DNA from: an uncultured Gemmatimonadaceae bacterium | GTDB taxonomy: Bacteria > Gemmatimonadota > Gemmatimonadetes > Gemmatimonadales > Gemmatimonadaceae | Direction: 5' to 3' | Length of the DNA stretch: 64,000 bases | Assembly (NCBI GenBank): GCA_963781585.1 | Contig: CAWAGQ010000011.1 | Coordinates: 32,001-96,000, forward strand | Shown here: piece after piece, positions 1 to 9,774 of the stretch | Layout of the letters: every line of letters begins with the position of its first letter | Position numbering within the stretch: the stretch's first letter is position 1 | Program-made: the position numbers and the translations under genes | Notes under the pieces: generated by a model | Told to the model about the DNA's origin: nothing | The model's database searches: none | The model's input: the letters and a program-made list of their open reading frames with translations, nothing else

Positions 1-688
1 CCGGTGGAACGCCGCGAGGGCGCGGCAGCTCGTCGACGGCGCTTCGTGGAAACGCGTCGTTTTCGTCACGCACCTCCACTCCGACCACACACTCGGGTTG
101 CCGGAGTTGATCTTCACGCTGTGGATGCAGCGACCGCGTGAGGAGATCAACCTGTATGGCCCAAGCGGCCTGCGGGCGATGACCACGCAAATCCTCGAGG
201 CCTGGACCCAGGACGTCCGGATCCGGACCACCGCCCCCGGCGACATGGCGGGGCAACCGGCCCCGCACGTGACCGTGCATGAGATCGCACCGGGGGAGGT
301 GTATCGCGACTCGCTGGTGACGGTCACCGCTTTCCTGGTGCACCATGGCTCATGGCGCCAGGCGTTCGGCTACCGCTTCAACACACCCGACAAGGTGGTG
401 GTCCTCTCAGGAGATGCCGGGCCGCCGTCCGCCATCCCGGGCCAGTGTCGGAAGTGTGACATCCTGATCCACGAAGGCGGTCTGCCTGCGGCAGCCGCCA
501 CGCCGTACTACATGGACTTCCACACGACCGCCGAAGAACTGGGTTCGATCGCCAACCAATCACGCCCGGTGTTGCTCGTGCTCACGCACCAGCGCGCGGG
601 CATCAACGAACGCGGCCTCGCGATCATCCGTTCGCAGTACGACGGGAAGGTGGTGATCGCCAGCGATCTCGATGTCTACCCGCAATAG
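1..688 (+). CDS. MBL-fold metallo-hydrolase (RNase Z/arylsulfatase AtsA-like), 5' end outside window
   Basis: Frame open from base 2. Motifs are THLHSDH (HxHxDH) just upstream of the listed ORF, HHGS, SGDA, LIHE and LTH. Confidence 0.85.
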   Translation, partial: RWNAARARQLVDGASWKRVVFVTHLHSDHTLGLPELIFTLWMQRPREEINLYGPSGLRAMTTQILEAWTQDVRIRTTAPGDMAGQPAPHVTVHEIAPGEVYRDSLVTVTAFLVHHGSWRQAFGYRFNTPDKVVVLSGDAGPPSAIPGQCRKCDILIHEGGLPAAAATPYYMDFHTTAEELGSIANQSRPVLLVLTHQRAGINERGLAIIRSQYDGKVVIASDLDVYPQ

Positions 689-815
689 TCATCCGAGTTG
701 GTACGCGTGTGGCCGTGCCCGCCTGACTGCCAGCGGATCTTCTCATTGATGCGGCGTGCCGAAAGCTCGAGTGTGTGCCTGACTGCCGGTGCCGAGTATC
801 TCAGTGTATTCCCCG

Positions 816-2075
816 CTACGCGCGGTCGCAGCCGCGCAGGCGCTTCTCCAGGAACCGGCGCTCCGTCGGATTCCGCGCGAGGACCAGGGCTGCCCGGAAA
901 CGCTCGCGCGCGCCGTCGCGATCCCCGAGGAGAAGCTCCATCTCACCCATCGCGGCGGGATAGAATGGATAACGCGCCAGCAGATTCTCGTCGCGGATCG
1001 CGTGAAGCTCCTGCAGGCCCCGCTCGGCGCCCTCGCACTGGGCGATGGCAATCGCGCGATTGAGCGAGACGACCGGCGAAGGCGCCGCGGTCATCAACCG
1101 ATCGTACAACGAGACGATGAACGGCCAGTCCGTATCCTCGAGGCTCCGGGCTCCCGCGTGCGCGGCCGCGATCGCCGCCTCGATGTGATACGGCGTCACC
1201 TCCGAGCCGGTGGCCGAGTGCTCGAGCAGATCGAGCCCGTCGGCGATCAACTGCGCATCCCATGCCGATCGGTCCTGGTCCACGAGCGCGCTCAGATCGC
1301 CCGCCGCGTCGGTTCGCGCCCGCAGTCGCGCCGCGTGGAGACACATGAGCGCAGCGAGCGCGTTGGTGGCCGGTGTCGCCGCCGGAGTGTGCTCGCGCAG
1401 CAGAGCAGTGAGCCGCATGGCCTCGTCGCACAGCTCCACCCGCACCGCGCGCTCACCGGATGCGCCGTGATAACCCTCGTTGAACAGGAGGTACAGCGCG
1501 CGCCGCACAGCTGACAGGCGCGACGCGAAATCGTCATCGGTGAGATCGAACAGGCTGGGGGAGGTTGCCAGCACCTTCTTGCCGCGTGAAATCCGCTTCT
1601 CGACCGCGGCCCGGCCGGTCAGAAACGCGCTCGCAATCTCGCCCGCGCTGAAGCCGCACAGGATGTTCAGGATGAGCGCCACCTGCGCTTCCTCCGGCAG
1701 CCGTGGGTGACAGCAGGAAAACATCATCCGGAGTTGTTCGTCCCGGATCGTGTGTGCGGCGAACGCCTCGTCGACGAACGACGTCGTCGATTCGTCCTCC
1801 AGCAACCGCCCCACCTCGGGTGCGAAGGTCCGCGCGGTGCGTTCGCGTCGGAGGACGTCCAGCGCGCGGTTCTTCGCCGTCGCCATGAGCCACGCGGACG
1901 GATCCTCCGGTACGCCGCGCGTCTTCCATACCTCGAGCGCGCGGCAGAAGGCGTCCTGTACGACGTCTTCCGCGAGACTCAGGTTGCGCACGCCGAAGAG
2001 TCGCGTGAGGGCAGCGACCAGGCGCGCCGACTCACGCCGGAAGAGATGCTCGTTCAGGTCCGGAACCGTCGCCAC
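816..2075 (-). CDS. ECF sigma-70 factor with C-terminal TPR-like extension (ECF42-like)
   Basis: Sigma2 AEDVVQDAF..AWL..AKNRALDVLRR, MFSCCHP, sigma4 region, YLLFNEGY and a ~200 aa helical extension. A DGPF/YCII gene lies in the same operon. Confidence 0.88.
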   Translation of the reverse strand: MATVPDLNEHLFRRESARLVAALTRLFGVRNLSLAEDVVQDAFCRALEVWKTRGVPEDPSAWLMATAKNRALDVLRRERTARTFAPEVGRLLEDESTTSFVDEAFAAHTIRDEQLRMMFSCCHPRLPEEAQVALILNILCGFSAGEIASAFLTGRAAVEKRISRGKKVLATSPSLFDLTDDDFASRLSAVRRALYLLFNEGYHGASGERAVRVELCDEAMRLTALLREHTPAATPATNALAALMCLHAARLRARTDAAGDLSALVDQDRSAWDAQLIADGLDLLEHSATGSEVTPYHIEAAIAAAHAGARSLEDTDWPFIVSLYDRLMTAAPSPVVSLNRAIAIAQCEGAERGLQELHAIRDENLLARYPFYPAAMGEMELLLGDRDGARERFRAALVLARNPTERRFLEKRLRGCDRA

Positions 2076-2082
2076 GATTCAG

Positions 2083-2121
2083 CTATCAGCGCTATCAGCC
2101 TATCAGCGCTATCAGCCTATC
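2083..2121. repeat. Short tandem repeat: CTATCAGC x4 plus a partial copy (17-bp higher-order unit x2)
   Basis: ctatcagc-g-ctatcagc at 2083-2099 and 2100-2116, then ctatc. It fills most of the spacer between the RibD-C gene and the sigma gene. Confidence 0.9.
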
Positions 2122-2719
2122 CGCGGGCGGGCGCATAGCGGAGCATCACGTTGCCCGACTTGTACGGCCGGGCGTCGAGGAGCTCCAGTTTCACGCTCTT
2201 CGCGAGGTCCTGCAGCAGCAGCCGGCCCGCGCCAAGGAAGATGGGGCTCACGACGAACTGAAATTCATCGATGAGTCCATGCCGAGTCAGCGCGGAGACG
2301 ATCGTCCCGCTTCCGAAGATGATCATGCCCTTGCCAGGTTGCTGCTTCATCGCCGCGATCTCGCGTGGATCGAACTCGTGCACCAGGCGCGAATTCTTCC
2401 ACGTGACCTCCTTGAGCGTTCGGGAGAACACGACCTTGGTGGACTCGTTGAGCATGGTGGCCATGGCGCGCATCTCGGAAGATCGGCGTCCTGCGTGGTG
2501 GGGGTCAGGAGATGTGGGTGAATCGTCCAGTGCGTGCGGCCAGAATCCCGCGAACATCTCGTAGGTGCGCCGGCCGAACAGGATGGTATCGTTCCCCGGC
2601 ATGTTGGTCACGGCCTGCTTCTCCAGCTCCTCTTCCTGCACCGCCCAGTTCAGATTTCCGTCCGGCGCCGCGAAGTAACCGTCCGCTGTTATGCGGTTGA
2701 ACATCATGATTCGTCGCAT
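2117..2719 (-). CDS. Dihydrofolate reductase family protein (RibD C-terminal domain)
   Basis: MRRIMMFNRITADGY, ILFGRRTYE, VFSRTL, IFGSGTIV, DEFQFVVSPIFLGAG. ATG at 2719. Confidence 0.88.
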   Translation of the reverse strand: MRRIMMFNRITADGYFAAPDGNLNWAVQEEELEKQAVTNMPGNDTILFGRRTYEMFAGFWPHALDDSPTSPDPHHAGRRSSEMRAMATMLNESTKVVFSRTLKEVTWKNSRLVHEFDPREIAAMKQQPGKGMIIFGSGTIVSALTRHGLIDEFQFVVSPIFLGAGRLLLQDLAKSVKLELLDARPYKSGNVMLRYAPARG

Positions 2720-2783
2720 GTCGACTCCCGCAGAGATCAAGGGCCTGCGCGGCCCGGGTACGTCCCGGAACCGTCGTATAGCT

Positions 2784-3140
2784 TCAGAATGCCAGCGGTT
2801 CCACGGCGCGGACCTCGACGGATCCGTCGCCATCGAGCATCGGGCAGCCCGTCGAGAGCTCCACGGCCTGCGCCAGATCTCGCGCCTGGACGATGATGAA
2901 GCCCAGGACCATGTCCTTGGCTTCGACATACGGACCATCGGTCACGAGCTTGTTCTTTCCGCGGACGACCTTGCCCCCCGGCTCGAGCGGCTGGCCCCGG
3001 TTTTTCAAATGACCGCCTGCTTCGAGTTCGTGGATCCACGCCAGCCACGCCTGCAGGCTCCGCTGTGCGCGCTCGGGCGTGCCCATGGCCTCTCGCCGTC
3101 CCGCCTCGCTGGCCCGAAAGAGGAATACGAAATCGCTCAT
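2784..3140 (-). CDS. YCII-related / DGPF-domain protein
   Basis: VTDGPYVEAKDMVLGF and terminal SVEVRA. A GAGG SD precedes ATG 3140. Confidence 0.88.
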   Translation of the reverse strand: MSDFVFLFRASEAGRREAMGTPERAQRSLQAWLAWIHELEAGGHLKNRGQPLEPGGKVVRGKNKLVTDGPYVEAKDMVLGFIIVQARDLAQAVELSTGCPMLDGDGSVEVRAVEPLAF

Positions 3141-3199
3141 CGCTATGGTCCTCTTCTTGATGTTGTGTGCGGCGCCGACATCCGGCGCTTCAATCCCCT

Positions 3200-3226
3200 G
3201 ACGTTTGAGCGTGCCGTCGCCGGACA
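3200..3226 (-). promoter_or_regulatory. Putative ECF-type promoter: -35 TGTCCG, 17-bp spacer, -10 CGTC
   Basis: The minus strand reads gaTGTCCG-gcgacggcacgctcaaa-CGTCag about 60 bp upstream of the YCII gene. This resembles the TGTC...CGTC promoters of ECF41/42-type sigmas. Confidence 0.6.
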
Positions 3227-3387
3227 TCTTTCTCGCGCGGGACCGGTGACGCACCGCGTGCGGGCTCGATGACCGCCGCTCCTGGCCCTTCCGGAGTGAT
3301 GCCCGTTGGGAACGCTGGCGTCGGGACATCGTGGTGGGAGGAACCGGACCGTATCATACGTAGCAGCGCGATCGGTCGGGGGTGAGC

Positions 3388-4104
3388 ATGGCGGACGGAA
3401 CGTATGTGACGCTTGACGTCGCGGATGGAACGCAGATGCGTGCGTTCGTCGGGCGTGGCGAGGGAGCCGGGCGACTGCCCGGGATACTCGTGTTCCAGGA
3501 AGCGTTCGGGGTGGACGTACATATTCGGGATGTTGCCGGTCGATTCGCGGCGGCGGGCTTTGTCGCCATTGCTCCCGAGCTCTTCCATCGGACGGCGCCG
3601 CCGGGTTTCGAGGGTCGCTACGACGACTTTCCCGCCGCGATGACGCACATTCAGGCGCTCACGGTCGAGGGCATGACGGCGGACATCAGAGCGGCGTACG
3701 CCTTCCTCGCGGGCGACTCAGCTGTCGACGAGGGCCGGATCGCGGCCGTGGGCTATTGCATGGGAGGACGGGCCGCGTACCTGGCCAACGCCGCGGTTCC
3801 GCTGGCCGCATCCATCTCCTACTACGGCGGCGGGATTGCCGAGGGACTGCTCGACCGCGCACCGCATCTCAGCGGACCGCAACTCTTTTTCTGGGGCGGA
3901 CGGGACAAACGCATCACGCCGGATCACCACCGCGCGATCACCGACGCGCTGCGCGCTGCCGGAAAGACGTTCGTCAATGTCGAGTTCTCGGATGCGGAGC
4001 ACGGATTCTTCAACGACCGGCGTGCGCCACATCATCCAGCGGCGGCACGCGAGTCGTGGGCCCTCGTGCTGGCGTTCCTTCGGGAGTACCTGGCTATTGC
4101 GTGA
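3388..4104 (+). CDS. Dienelactone hydrolase family protein
   Basis: QEAFGV, nucleophile GYCMGG, Asp in GRDKRI, AEHGF. Alternative start GTG 3382. Confidence 0.9.
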   Translation: MADGTYVTLDVADGTQMRAFVGRGEGAGRLPGILVFQEAFGVDVHIRDVAGRFAAAGFVAIAPELFHRTAPPGFEGRYDDFPAAMTHIQALTVEGMTADIRAAYAFLAGDSAVDEGRIAAVGYCMGGRAAYLANAAVPLAASISYYGGGIAEGLLDRAPHLSGPQLFFWGGRDKRITPDHHRAITDALRAAGKTFVNVEFSDAEHGFFNDRRAPHHPAAARESWALVLAFLREYLAIA

Positions 4105-4184
4105 CGGCCAGCGAGCGTTCGAGCCGGACACGTATTCCTGCAGCGCGGTACCGGTACCGGGCGATCGTTTGAGGCCGGTCGAGT

Positions 4185-4446
4185 CTACGCGAGTCGCCGC
4201 TGGTGTCGTAATGCACCGAGGACGAACAGGAGTACGACCGCGCCGACGAACGCCACCAGGATGGTGCCCGGCAGTCCGTCGAGCGGTACCCGAATCCCCA
4301 GTGCGGCGAAGAGCCACCCGCCGAGAACGGCGCCGACCATGCCGACGACCATGTCGCCGAGCAGGCCGTAGCCGATACCCCCGACGACGGCGCTCGCGAG
4401 CAATCCGGCGACGAGACCAACCAAGAGCCACGTGATGAGAACCATG
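4185..4446 (-). CDS. GlsB/YeaQ/YmgE (transglycosylase-associated) membrane stress protein
   Basis: WLLVGLVAGLLAS..G.GLLGDMVVGMVGAVLGG..AFVGAVVLL, three Gly-rich TM helices. Start is approximate. Confidence 0.85.
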
Positions 4447-4516
4447 ACAACCCCCGCGAAGGACAACAGATGAAACCGACAGTACTGACGCTAACGTGCA
4501 GGTATTCGTCCCCGAC

Positions 4517-5215
4517 TCATTTCATCGACACCGTGAGGGGTCCAGTGAGCGTGATCACCACCGGTGTCCCCGAGCTCACCACCACATCACGGCTCGCGGT
4601 CTGGATTGCCACCGCCGCGCCACCCACCGCACCCACCGCGCCTCCGATGACCGTGCTCTTCGTATTCTTGCCGATCACCTGGCCAGCCGCCGCTCCGACC
4701 GCGGTGCCGACGCCCACCTTCACCGCTTCCGCGGTCCCGACGCCTCGTCCCTTCAGCGAATGCACGACCGAGGTGACGTCGCCAGCAAGCGTGTACACGT
4801 GGCCGCGGATCGTTGCCGAGGTCACGCTGAGCGCCAGCGTGCCATCCGCCTGATTCCGGTTGGTGGCCGGCGCGAGCTTCGCAATGAGCAGTTCGACTGT
4901 CGAGCCGGCAGGAATCACCACGCGGCCGTTGCTGTCCTTGACGTCCTCGCCAACGCTGATGGTCACTGCCTCCCCGGCCTTGTTGGAGCGCGAACTGATT
5001 GCCGAACCCCAGGTGGCGTCGATCCGGGAACCCGTTCCGAGTGTGCGTGTGGCGGGGCTCGTGCTCGGCGGCCGATCGTTGAGGCTGCCGCCGCCGCCGG
5101 CCGGCACGAGCGCGAGGTCGCGCGCAGCGCTGTCGCCTAACGCGACGTCCCGGTTTCCGCGCCCGCAGGCCGTCAATCCGGCCAGCGCGAGCGCTGCCAG
5201 CATGGTGCGTCTCAT
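4517..5215 (-). CDS. Lipoprotein with glycine zipper and TrbI-like beta region
   Basis: Lipobox LTAC after MRRTMLAALALAG, VVIPAGSTV, and GTAVGAAAGQVIG..GGAVGAVGGAA. Confidence 0.7.
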   Translation of the reverse strand: MRRTMLAALALAGLTACGRGNRDVALGDSAARDLALVPAGGGGSLNDRPPSTSPATRTLGTGSRIDATWGSAISSRSNKAGEAVTISVGEDVKDSNGRVVIPAGSTVELLIAKLAPATNRNQADGTLALSVTSATIRGHVYTLAGDVTSVVHSLKGRGVGTAEAVKVGVGTAVGAAAGQVIGKNTKSTVIGGAVGAVGGAAVAIQTASRDVVVSSGTPVVITLTGPLTVSMK

Positions 5216-5643
5216 GATGTGCTCCATTCGTTCGATGTCCGCCGGCGGAGCGGTGCCTCGCTCCGGCGCCACGACGAAACGTGAACCTGCATCTTCGGAT
5301 CGGTCGTCCTCATCCCGGACCAGCCAGCCGTCGCAGCGTCGTGAGGGGCTTGTGCTCGGGTAAAGAGCCTCGTCCAGAGGGCCGGCAACCAGGTGGGCTG
5401 GCTCCCCTCCGGCCATCAGGAGCCAATCTGAACGTTAGGCAACGTCGCAGGCAGGCACCATCGCTCGAACGAGTGAGCGAGGGACTACAGTCGGAACGAC
5501 TCCAAGGTCGCTCGACGACTGCAGCTTCGCGGCGCCGCGCGTCCGCACGCCTCCAGGCCAGTCTGCTGCGGCGCCCGCTGGACGACGTGAACGACATTCG
5601 GCTCTGTCCTCGGCGACGGAGCGGGGCGTCGCCGTCTGTGCAC

Positions 5644-6165
5644 CTATCCCATCCCACCCTCGCTCGCCAGCGTCGCTTCGAGGCTACGGCCACGGGCTGG
5701 TTCGTGATCGCCAGGCGCGGGTCCGCGACCGATGACGCGGTCCAGGAGGTCGCGCAGCAGGGTCCATCGGTTCTGTGGATCCCAGGAGCGCATCGTCATG
5801 CCGTTGCGGATGGCGAAGACATCCACATTCCGGCTCACGAACGGGCCCAGCCGGGCGCCCGGGGCAAACACCAGGAGCCGATCGGCATTCCCTGGAACCT
5901 CCGCAAACACGGGCTGCGAGCCGGTACGCCGAAGGACCGCCTGCTCCACCAGCTCCCGCTCGGCCGCCGGAATCTGTGCCCAAACCGGCGCCCGCCAGTC
6001 CCATGGATCACACACACGGTCGAAGTCATGCTGCAGCTCTTTCTGTGTGAATCGCATCCCTCGCGGCAGTGGAGTGAGCGACTGAGGCGCATAGCCCGCA
6101 AAACCGGAGGTCCGTTCGCCACCAGACATCTTTGCTGTGCCGTTGACTCTCGCCGGCTCGCTCAT
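5644..6165 (-). CDS. Hypothetical protein
   Basis: GGAGG SD before ATG 6165 and protein-like composition. No family recognised. Confidence 0.5.
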   Translation of the reverse strand: MSEPARVNGTAKMSGGERTSGFAGYAPQSLTPLPRGMRFTQKELQHDFDRVCDPWDWRAPVWAQIPAAERELVEQAVLRRTGSQPVFAEVPGNADRLLVFAPGARLGPFVSRNVDVFAIRNGMTMRSWDPQNRWTLLRDLLDRVIGRGPAPGDHEPARGRSLEATLASEGGMG

Positions 6166-6366
6166 GTACCGCCTCCAGGCATGACGGTCCGTTGCGCCAC
6201 GGTGGACCACGCGTGCGGTTAAGGACCTGGGGATGGCGCCGCGGGTCGACCTGGTCCTGGCTGCCTTCAGGCTCCACCGGCTGGCGACTCAGCAGCGGGA
6301 TGTTAGGCGACTGGGGGAAGCAGGGCCATCGATACTTCGGATGGATCAGGCACTAGATCGGAAGGA

Positions 6367-7056
6367 CTACTCCCCGGTCTGCGCGCGTGCCTGGCGGTGA
6401 GTGCTCCGGCCCTCGGTCCGCGTAAAGGCGGCGACCTCGAGACGCGTATGCAGGGCAAGCTTCTCCAGCACGTTATGCACATGGCTCTTCACCGTGTGAA
6501 TCGCGATGTGCATCTGCGCGGCGATCTCCTTGTTGCTGCGCCCTTCGCTAATCAGATCAACCACTTGTCGCTCCCGCTGCGTCAATCGCACAGCCTCCAG
6601 CACCGGGCTCTTGCCGCCCGTCAAGGCGCGCTCGACGATCTGGCTGAACAACGAGCCGGTCAACTGGGTCGGGAGCACCCTCGTGCCGCTCGCCACCAGC
6701 CGGATGGTCTCCAGAAACTCGTCGAACGACGCGTCCTTCATGACGAAGCCCGCCGCGCCCGCCCGCACGAAGTCGGCGATGTCCTCGTGCAGGGGAAGCA
6801 GCCCCATGACGATGATTCTCGTCTCGGGCACCTCCCTGTGCAGTGTCGCGGTGAGGCGCAGGCTGTCATGAGTCTGCAACCCGAAGTCCACGAGGACCAC
6901 CCGGGGCCTGGCTTCCCGGATCTGTTTGAGCGCTTCGATTATGTTGGCTGACGCCGAGAGGACCTTGAAGCCCTGCTGCTCCCTGATCAGGTTGGCCAGA
7001 CCCTCACGCAGCATCCGATTGTCCTCGATGAGTACGAGGGAGATGGGATCGCTCAT
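6367..7056 (-). CDS. NarL/LuxR family response regulator (orphan in window)
   Basis: REC domain (IEDN, VVLVD, GFVMK) plus LuxR HTH (LTQRERQV..G.SNKEIA..TVKSHVHNVLEKL). Confidence 0.93.
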   Translation of the reverse strand: MSDPISLVLIEDNRMLREGLANLIREQQGFKVLSASANIIEALKQIREARPRVVLVDFGLQTHDSLRLTATLHREVPETRIIVMGLLPLHEDIADFVRAGAAGFVMKDASFDEFLETIRLVASGTRVLPTQLTGSLFSQIVERALTGGKSPVLEAVRLTQRERQVVDLISEGRSNKEIAAQMHIAIHTVKSHVHNVLEKLALHTRLEVAAFTRTEGRSTHRQARAQTGE

Positions 7057-7546
7057 GGCGTGAATCGTCGGGGTAGCGGACGCCGCCGCGGCGCGGCAGA
7101 CGAACGCGAACGGCCGTCCCATCGGTCATCGACGATGTGACGGCAATCGGGCCGCGGTGCGCGATGGCGATCTGCTGCGCGATAGGGCATCCCGCTCGTT
7201 CGTTCCAGGAGATCAACAATCTAGGGGTTCATGAGTGGCCGCGTGAGGGGCCCGCCCGACCCGGGAATCCGGTGGTTGCCCGTTGCGCGACAGTGAGCGC
7301 CCTGGCCGTGGTGAAGTCGACGAGCGCCTAACGCCCTGGTCACGCGAATCCGCGCTCTACCGAGGGAGCGGCGTACAGGCCCCGGCCTGCGACGCTGCCG
7401 TTGCCGAAGCGGAGTGCCGAGGGTGCCTGCCGCCTCGATGATCCCCGGTCAGAAGGTCGCGTGTGGAGGGGAGGCGATGGGTCGCCCCGCTCCAAGGATT
7501 GATAGCGCCGGCGCCGCGCGAGTCGTAGCCTTTCTGCAGAAGCGCG

Positions 7547-8413
7547 ATGCTGGAGACTCGTCACGGGGAGGTCTGTTCCTTGCGTTCGTTCATCTCGAAG
7601 GTCCGCGCGGTGCGCCAGGAGATCCCGGCGTGCCTGGCAGCATTCCTGCTCGCAGCCTGCGCCATTTCACAGCAGCAGGAAGTTCAGCTCGGCGCCCAGT
7701 CGGCCGCGCAGGTCGACACGGCGTTGCCCCTGCTCCGTGATGCCGCTGTCGTGAACTACATCAACACCCTCGGCAACCAGCTCGCGAAGGTGACCGATAC
7801 CCGCAATCTCGCGTGGCACTTTACCGTCGTCGACAGCAAGGAAGTCAATGCGTTCGCGTTGCCGGGCGGCTGGATCTACGTGAATCGCGGCCTGATCGAG
7901 CGCGCGACTGATATGAGCGAGCTGGCCGGCGTCATCGGCCATGAGATCGGCCACGTCACGCGGCGTCATTCCGTGCAGCAACTGCAGCAGGCGCAAGGTG
8001 CCGACGTCGGGGTGACGCTCCTGTGCACGCTCACGAAGGTGTGTGAAAGCGGTGCAAGCCAGGCAGCCATCAATATTGGCGGGAGCGCGCTGTTCGCGAA
8101 GTTCAGCCGCACCGATGAGGCCGAGGCGGACGCGGAAGCCGTGGCGACGACCATCAAGGCGGGCATCTCGCCGTACGGTATTCCAGCGATGTTCCGTATT
8201 CTCCTGAGCGAGCGCCAGTCGAACCCCGGCGCCTTGGATGCGTTCTTCGCGAGTCACCCGTTGGAGGAGAGTCGCATCACGGCGACCGAAGCGCAGATCG
8301 CCACGTATCCGGCAAGCCAGCTCCAGCGGTTGACGAAGGATACGCCGGCGTTTCAGACCTTTCGTCGCCGGCTGCTCGCCTTGCCGCCTTCACCGAAGCC
8401 AAAGCAGCCCTGA
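7547..8413 (+). CDS. M48 family metalloprotease, lipoprotein (BepA/YfgC-like)
   Basis: Lipobox LAAC, NAFALPGG, HEIGH, EAEAD, SHP. The start may be downstream (GTG). Confidence 0.9.
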   Translation: MLETRHGEVCSLRSFISKVRAVRQEIPACLAAFLLAACAISQQQEVQLGAQSAAQVDTALPLLRDAAVVNYINTLGNQLAKVTDTRNLAWHFTVVDSKEVNAFALPGGWIYVNRGLIERATDMSELAGVIGHEIGHVTRRHSVQQLQQAQGADVGVTLLCTLTKVCESGASQAAINIGGSALFAKFSRTDEAEADAEAVATTIKAGISPYGIPAMFRILLSERQSNPGALDAFFASHPLEESRITATEAQIATYPASQLQRLTKDTPAFQTFRRRLLALPPSPKPKQP

Positions 8414-8460
8414 GGCGCAGAGCCGCTTCATCGGCAGGGACTATCTCGACAGACGCCGCA

Positions 8461-8491
8461 CACCAGCGCGCGGTTCACCGTCGCGCTGGTG
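8461..8491. terminator. Hairpin between convergent genes
   Basis: caccagcgcg...cgcgctggtg inverted repeat between the M48 and OmpA stop codons. Confidence 0.6.
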
Positions 8492-8501
8492 CGACGCGCC
8501 G

Positions 8502-9170
8502 TCATGGATTGCGCGCACTCGCATTAGCGAAGATCGCGATTTCCACCCGCCGGTTCAACTGCCGGCCACCCTCGGTGTCATTGGTTGCGAGAGGCTCGGT
8601 CTCCCCCCGTCCTACCGCCTGCAGCCGCGCCGCATTCACGCCCTGCGCCGCGAGGTAATTCGCCGCCGCCGTGGCACGCCGCTGGGACAGCGCCTGATTG
8701 TAGTCGCTGGTCCCTACCGCGTCCGTGTGTCCAACGATGAGCAGATCTGTGTTCGGGTACTTGCCGAGACTCGCCGCGAGGCTCCGCAGGTTCTGCGCCG
8801 CCTCGGGGCGCACAACATCGGAATCGAAATCGTAGAGAAGCCCTGACGCGAACGTCACGGCGATCCCTTCGCCCACGCGAGCGACGGTGGCTCCGGGGAT
8901 GTTCTGTTGGAGTTCCTTGGCCTGCTGGTCCATCTGATGGCCAATGACGGCGCCAACCGTGCCGCCCACCACAGCGCCGATGATAGCGCCCCTGGTCGTC
9001 GAGCCGGTCTGATTGCCGATCACGCCTCCCGCGACGCCGCCTGCCGTCGCGCCGATGATCGCCCCTTTCTCCTTTCGATTGAGCGCGCATGCGGTGACGC
9101 CCAGGGCAAGCAGCACAGCGATCGCGATGCGTACGTCACGAAACCTGGTTGATCCATATGTTGCGTACAT
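8502..9170 (-). CDS. OmpA-family lipoprotein with glycine zipper (YiaD-like)
   Basis: Lipobox VTAC, glycine zipper, MDQQAKEL, GHTD, LSQRRA, NRRVEI. Confidence 0.93.
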   Translation of the reverse strand: MYATYGSTRFRDVRIAIAVLLALGVTACALNRKEKGAIIGATAGGVAGGVIGNQTGSTTRGAIIGAVVGGTVGAVIGHQMDQQAKELQQNIPGATVARVGEGIAVTFASGLLYDFDSDVVRPEAAQNLRSLAASLGKYPNTDLLIVGHTDAVGTSDYNQALSQRRATAAANYLAAQGVNAARLQAVGRGETEPLATNDTEGGRQLNRRVEIAIFANASARNP

Positions 9171-9267
9171 GAATACCTCCTCAGGCCACCGTCGATCGGG
9201 CCTGTACGTTTAGCCGCAGATTATGACTTTCCGGACTACATCCGCAGGTGCGGGGTGCGCCGGGTTC

Positions 9268-9417
9268 CTAGACGACTTTTCGTCCCTGAATCACTCGCAC
9301 CAGAAAGATTATCACGGCGATGACGAGGAGGATGTGGAGGATCCCGCCCATGGTATACGAGGTGACCATACCGAGTAGCCAGAGCGCGACGAGGATGATT
9401 GCAAGGGTCATGAGCAT
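9268..9417 (-). CDS. Small membrane protein, lmo0937/DUF5670-like
   Basis: MLMTLAIILVALWLLG..GGILHILLVIAVIIFLVRVIQGRK, with GGAG SD upstream. Confidence 0.85.
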   Translation of the reverse strand: MLMTLAIILVALWLLGMVTSYTMGGILHILLVIAVIIFLVRVIQGRKVV

Positions 9418-9742
9418 GACTGTTTCTCCGTTGTCTGGCGGCGACTCTCGCGAGTCCCGCACTTCCCGGTGCACGCGCCGAAACCCGTGGTGTCGCCCAC
9501 GAGCGCGCGTTGGTGGTTTCCGAGCCTTGTATCGCACACCATGATGGCTGTCGGCCGGGCGGTACGGCGTCGGGAGGATTCCGTGTGTCCTGCCGCAAAA
9601 GCCCGCACAGCGGCCGTTTCCGCGAGCTGGTCTCCCTGACGCGACGCCCCCTCATCGCCTGATGAGCCGGCGTCAGCCCCGCGCCCGACGCCAGGAGACG
9701 ACCAGTGCCGACTTGGCTTCCCATGCGCCTCGAATGGGAACG

Positions 9743-9774
9743 CGGGGTGTTCTGTCTTCCGACAGGACACCCCG
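9743..9774. other. Strong intergenic stem-loop / palindrome
   Basis: CGGGGTGTTCTGTC-ttcc-GACAGGACACCCCG, a 14-bp stem with one G-T pair. Confidence 0.7.

Noticed and set aside
9418..9560. c-di-GMP or other known riboswitch upstream of the lmo0937-like gene
   Set aside because: I could not find the conserved core sequences by eye, so it is kept only as a generic structured region.
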